This document shows positions 61,077-64,000 of a stretch of DNA of 64,000 bases, one piece after another. The translations under genes and the position numbers were made by a program. Each line of letters starts with the position of its first letter. Position 1 is the stretch's first letter. Under the pieces are notes generated by a model. That model did not search any database, had not been told where the DNA came from, and saw only the letters and a program-made list of their open reading frames with translations. Location: positions 128,001 through 192,000 of the forward strand of contig CAVSQW010000006.1 in the NCBI GenBank assembly GCA_963730185.1, in the 5' to 3' direction. The DNA comes from an uncultured Gemmatimonadales bacterium (GTDB taxonomy: Bacteria > Gemmatimonadota > Gemmatimonadetes > Gemmatimonadales > GWC2-71-9).

Positions 61077-61640
61077 GTGGCGAATCTAGTCTGCGAGCTG
61101 ATCGTCACCCTCGACGGCCTGGCCCGGGGGACGCGGTCGCCAGGCTACTACGGGTACGCCGGCCCCGAGTTCATGGCGTGGATCCAGTCGAACGGGGCCG
61201 CTCCTCATCGCATGCTCGTCGGACGCCGGACCTACGAGATGCTGAACGGGCTGCCCGAGGACGCGGGCGACGAGGGGTGGCGGTCCATGGTGACGACGCC
61301 CGGGTGGCTCTTCTCGCGCACGCTGGATGCGGCCGAGTGGCCAGAGGTCAAGCTCGTCCATGACGACGCGGTGGCGTTTGTGCGCGAGGCGAAAGGGCGT
61401 CCTGGTCCCGAGTTGCGGACGCTCGGTAGCGTGTCGCTAGTACAGCAGCTGCTCGCGGCGGGTCTCGTCGACTGTCTGAAGCTCGTCGTCTGCCCCCTCG
61501 TCCTGCCGGACACCGGCACGGAGCCGGTGTTTCGACACGTGCCGGATGTCGGTTTTGACCTCGTCACGAGCAGGACGCTCGATGGCCGCGTCTTGCTTCT
61601 GGAATACCGTCCCACTGGCGCGCCACCTTACGCTACGTGA
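61077..61640 (+). CDS. Cassette 4: dihydrofolate reductase-like (RibD C-terminal) protein
   Basis: VTLDG, VGRRTYE, FSRTL, GSVSLVQQLLAAGLVD, LLEYRP. Confidence 0.88.
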   Translation: MANLVCELIVTLDGLARGTRSPGYYGYAGPEFMAWIQSNGAAPHRMLVGRRTYEMLNGLPEDAGDEGWRSMVTTPGWLFSRTLDAAEWPEVKLVHDDAVAFVREAKGRPGPELRTLGSVSLVQQLLAAGLVDCLKLVVCPLVLPDTGTEPVFRHVPDVGFDLVTSRTLDGRVLLLEYRPTGAPPYAT

Positions 61641-61683
61641 GCGGTGGTCCCATCGCATCGGTACCGATCGCGAATGCACCGCG

Positions 61684-61717
61684 GCCTAACGAATCGTCGA
61701 AGCTGACGAAGGCGTCT
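61684..61717 (+). repeat. Left half of attC 4 (interrupted by IS30)
   Basis: GCCTAAC + TCGAAGCTGAC, complementary to the cassette start GTTAGGCCG. Confidence 0.78.
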
Positions 61718-62786
61718 GGCATCAAGGGTGAAGGGCAACAATGGACGTCATCGGACATAGCACTCCTCCGGGGTGCGAAACCCCAATCGATGGCGAGGTC
61801 GGCGGTTCAGGCGGGCCGCGATGGCGGTACAGGTGCGTTGCGTGAGCCCCTTCATGCTGGCGCCCCGGGGGAGATACTGGCGGACCAGCCCGTTGGTGTT
61901 TTCGTTCGTGCCCCGGACCCAGGCGTGGTACGGCGGCGCAAAGTAGAACCGGGCCCCGGTGGCCGCCTCCAGGGCCGGGTACCCATCGAGTTCCGACCCA
62001 TTGTCCGCCGTGATCGTCCAGACCGGGCGGGACGACCGCCGGAGCAGTTGCCGAACCCGCCGATTCAGGGCCGCCGAGGTGCGCGCGGGGAGTTTGCCGA
62101 GGAGGCGGTAGCCGGTCTTGCGCTCGACCAGCGTCACGACGCAGTCCGGGCTTCCGTGCCCTAGCACGGTATCGATCTCCCAGTCGCCGACCCGGCGCCG
62201 GTCCGCCACGATGGCCGGCCGGTCTCGCAGGAGGCGTTTGCGCGGCATCCGCCCGCGCGGATCATGATACCGGCCCCGTTTGAGGCGGGGCCGCTGGCGC
62301 CCGCGGAGGTGGCGGTACAACGCGCCGCCGGCGAACTTGTCCGCCCAGATGTAGCGGTAGATCCTCTCGTGGCTGATGGCCACCGGGCCTGTCCGGTGCA
62401 GGTGCCCGGCCACCTGCGCCGGGCTCCACTGGCGCTCGAGGAGGCCTCGGACGAGGCGCTCCGCCGGGGCGAAGTGCGACCGCCGACTCGCGGCCCCCCG
62501 CCGCCGCGCCGCCTGCTCCTGGGCGGCCTCGGGCTGATAGCTCCCACCCCGCCCCCCATTCCGACGCAGCTCCCGGAGGATCGTACTCCGGTGCCGGCCT
62601 ACGTGGCGGGCAATCGCAGCCGGGCATTCGCCGACCGCCACCAACCCGCCGATCCGATATCTTTCCACCCAGGCGATCTGGTGGTACCTCATAGTAGACT
62701 TCCCTCTCTTGGCAGAGAATCGAAGCCTACGGTATCCCGGGTCACCTTTCCATAACGACTCGGTGTTGCACTTAGAATATGAAACC
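61718..62786 (-). mobile_element. IS30-family element (transposase 61748-62692)
   Basis: RHRSTILRELRRN, WSPAQ, GDWEIDT, TADNGSE, RGTNENTNGLVRQY; IRs GGCATCAAGGGTGAAGGGCAACA / TGTTGCACTTAGAATATGAAACC. Confidence 0.92.
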
Positions 62787-62899
62787 AAGGCCCGGGGCTT
62801 CGCTTGCCAAGTCGCGGCCGCGCCCCGACGTTGGTTGGAGGATGGCGCAGCCGCTCAGTTCCAATGTGGCGCCCGCCAGTTAAGGCTAGAGCGTTGGGC
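62787..62899 (+). repeat. Right half of an attC
   Basis: GGCGCCCGCCAGTTAAGGCTAGAGC-GTTGGGC; the core matches R'' GCCCAAC of the next attC. Confidence 0.75.
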
Positions 62900-62961
62900 T
62901 GCGAGGCCGAGTTCCTCGCCCCATCACTGCTCCCGGGACTCACGGCTAGCGCCCGCAACCG

Positions 62962-63435
62962 ATGCCGATCAAGCCGCCCCCTATACAATTCTCGTCGTGG
63001 GTCCGGTGGGGCGACCGACGGAGCCTCCGCCGTTCCGATGGTCCCTGGCTTGGTGTGTACCTCTGGGCGCGTTTCCGCAATGGGCCAGGCCGCTCTGGCC
63101 GACCCAATCCGGCACAGTTGCCGGTGGAGCTCATCTACGTGGGTGAGACGAAGCAGCTCGACCGGCGGCCGTTGGGCGGGCAGCACCACCGGCTGGCCCA
63201 CTACCGCGATACGTTTCCAGCCGACCAAGCATTCACCCAACTGTACGTCGCTGTCTTCCGAGTCCACCAGTTTCCAGGCGGCTATTCGACGCCGGCGGCA
63301 AAGCGGGTCTACCCCTCCCTCCGGGTCTACACTCAGTTCATTGAGTCCAAGCTCTACTGGGAATACACCCGACGCTGGGAGCGACCCCCGGCGCTCCATT
63401 ACAAGAAGGACCGCACCGGCGGAGGAGCGTCCTGA
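62962..63435 (+). CDS. Cassette 5: GIY-YIG-like protein
   Basis: GVYLW...LIYVGET, downstream R and IES; bounded by matching cores. Confidence 0.6.
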   Translation: MPIKPPPIQFSSWVRWGDRRSLRRSDGPWLGVYLWARFRNGPGRSGRPNPAQLPVELIYVGETKQLDRRPLGGQHHRLAHYRDTFPADQAFTQLYVAVFRVHQFPGGYSTPAAKRVYPSLRVYTQFIESKLYWEYTRRWERPPALHYKKDRTGGGAS

Positions 63436-63441
63436 CTCGCA

Positions 63442-63578
63442 GCCCAACCTGAGCTTGCACCGGACGGGCGCGACCCGCTCCATTGCCGGTGGCGCGGCCG
63501 CGCCCCATGTTTGTTGAACGTCGGCGCGGCCGCTTAGTCCCGAGCGGCGCCCGCCGGTGAAGCTCTACACGGTTAGGT
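63442..63578 (+). repeat. attC 5
   Basis: GCCCAAC...AGCTTGCACCGG/CCGGTGAAGCT...GTTAGGT. Confidence 0.92.
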
Positions 63579-63719
63579 GACGCTTGCGGGGAGGGAGCCT
63601 CCAAGAGCACATCTCTGAACTCTTCGTGCGTCAGCACACGACCTCAACGCGATCGACGAATGGACCCCACGCGGTGTTGCGCTGTCCCTTGCGTGGAGCG
63701 AGGGCAAACAGACAGAGAG

Positions 63720-64000
63720 TTACTCCTTCAGCCAGTTGTTGATCGCGTCAAACGAGGTTCCCGCGCTACGGTGGAGGGCCAAGTCATGTCCGGTGTTCGG
63801 GATCGTAATGACCGTCACGCTGGCCGCCGAAGTGTAGAATGGCTGTTCGTTGGTTCTGACGGCCGCGATATTGGTGCAGTCGAGGGCCAGACCGCAGGCC
63901 AGGCGATCTTCTTCCCCCGCGATGAGCAATACCGGACGAGTGATGCGGTTGCTGATGTTGGAACCGGCCGGTACGCGACCGAGCTCTATCCCCTGTTGGA
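63720..64000 (-). CDS. Alpha/beta hydrolase C-terminus (partial), reversed relative to the array
   Basis: RPVLLIAGEEDRL, TIPNTGHDLALH, INNWL. Confidence 0.7.
   Translation of the reverse strand, partial: QQGIELGRVPAGSNISNRITRPVLLIAGEEDRLACGLALDCTNIAAVRTNEQPFYTSAASVTVITIPNTGHDLALHRSAGTSFDAINNWLKE

Noticed and set aside
61077..61640. dfr trimethoprim-resistance cassette
   Set aside because: Motifs fit the RibD C-terminal-like family rather than DfrA/DfrB

Overview
High-GC bacterial chromosome. A Gemmatimonadota-like lineage is inferred from gene content only. Bases 1-55.3 kb are mostly core and accessory genes: tRNA-Gln/tRNA-Ala, class II photolyase, rnz, corA, mlaDEF, mutY, nadE, an AttEFGH-like ABC cluster with an embedded ECF sigma/anti-sigma pair, a cobalamin riboswitch-btuB operon, a DtxR-feoB-DtxR operon with a palindromic operator, an adenine methyltransferase + SNF2-like helicase pair, two PadR-ADOP permease pairs, a phosphate porin, ppc and a GH18-deacetylase-GT2 fusion. 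From ~56 kb, behind a tRNA-Asn 3'-half att scar, lies an integron with an inverted layout: intI is co-oriented with the array, and attI lies downstream of intI. It has at least 6 cassettes (HEPN/AbiU2-like, YdeI/OmdA, SnoaL-like, DHFR/RibD-like, GIY-YIG-like, and a reversed hydrolase), an IS481 beside one attC and an IS30 inside a chimeric attC. Other oddities are a 2.1-kb integrase-less island at tRNA-Gln and a catalytically dead RAYT/HUH transposase homolog. Several genes carry 1-2 nt indels that look like long-read errors. All family calls come from motif recognition by eye; no searches were run.
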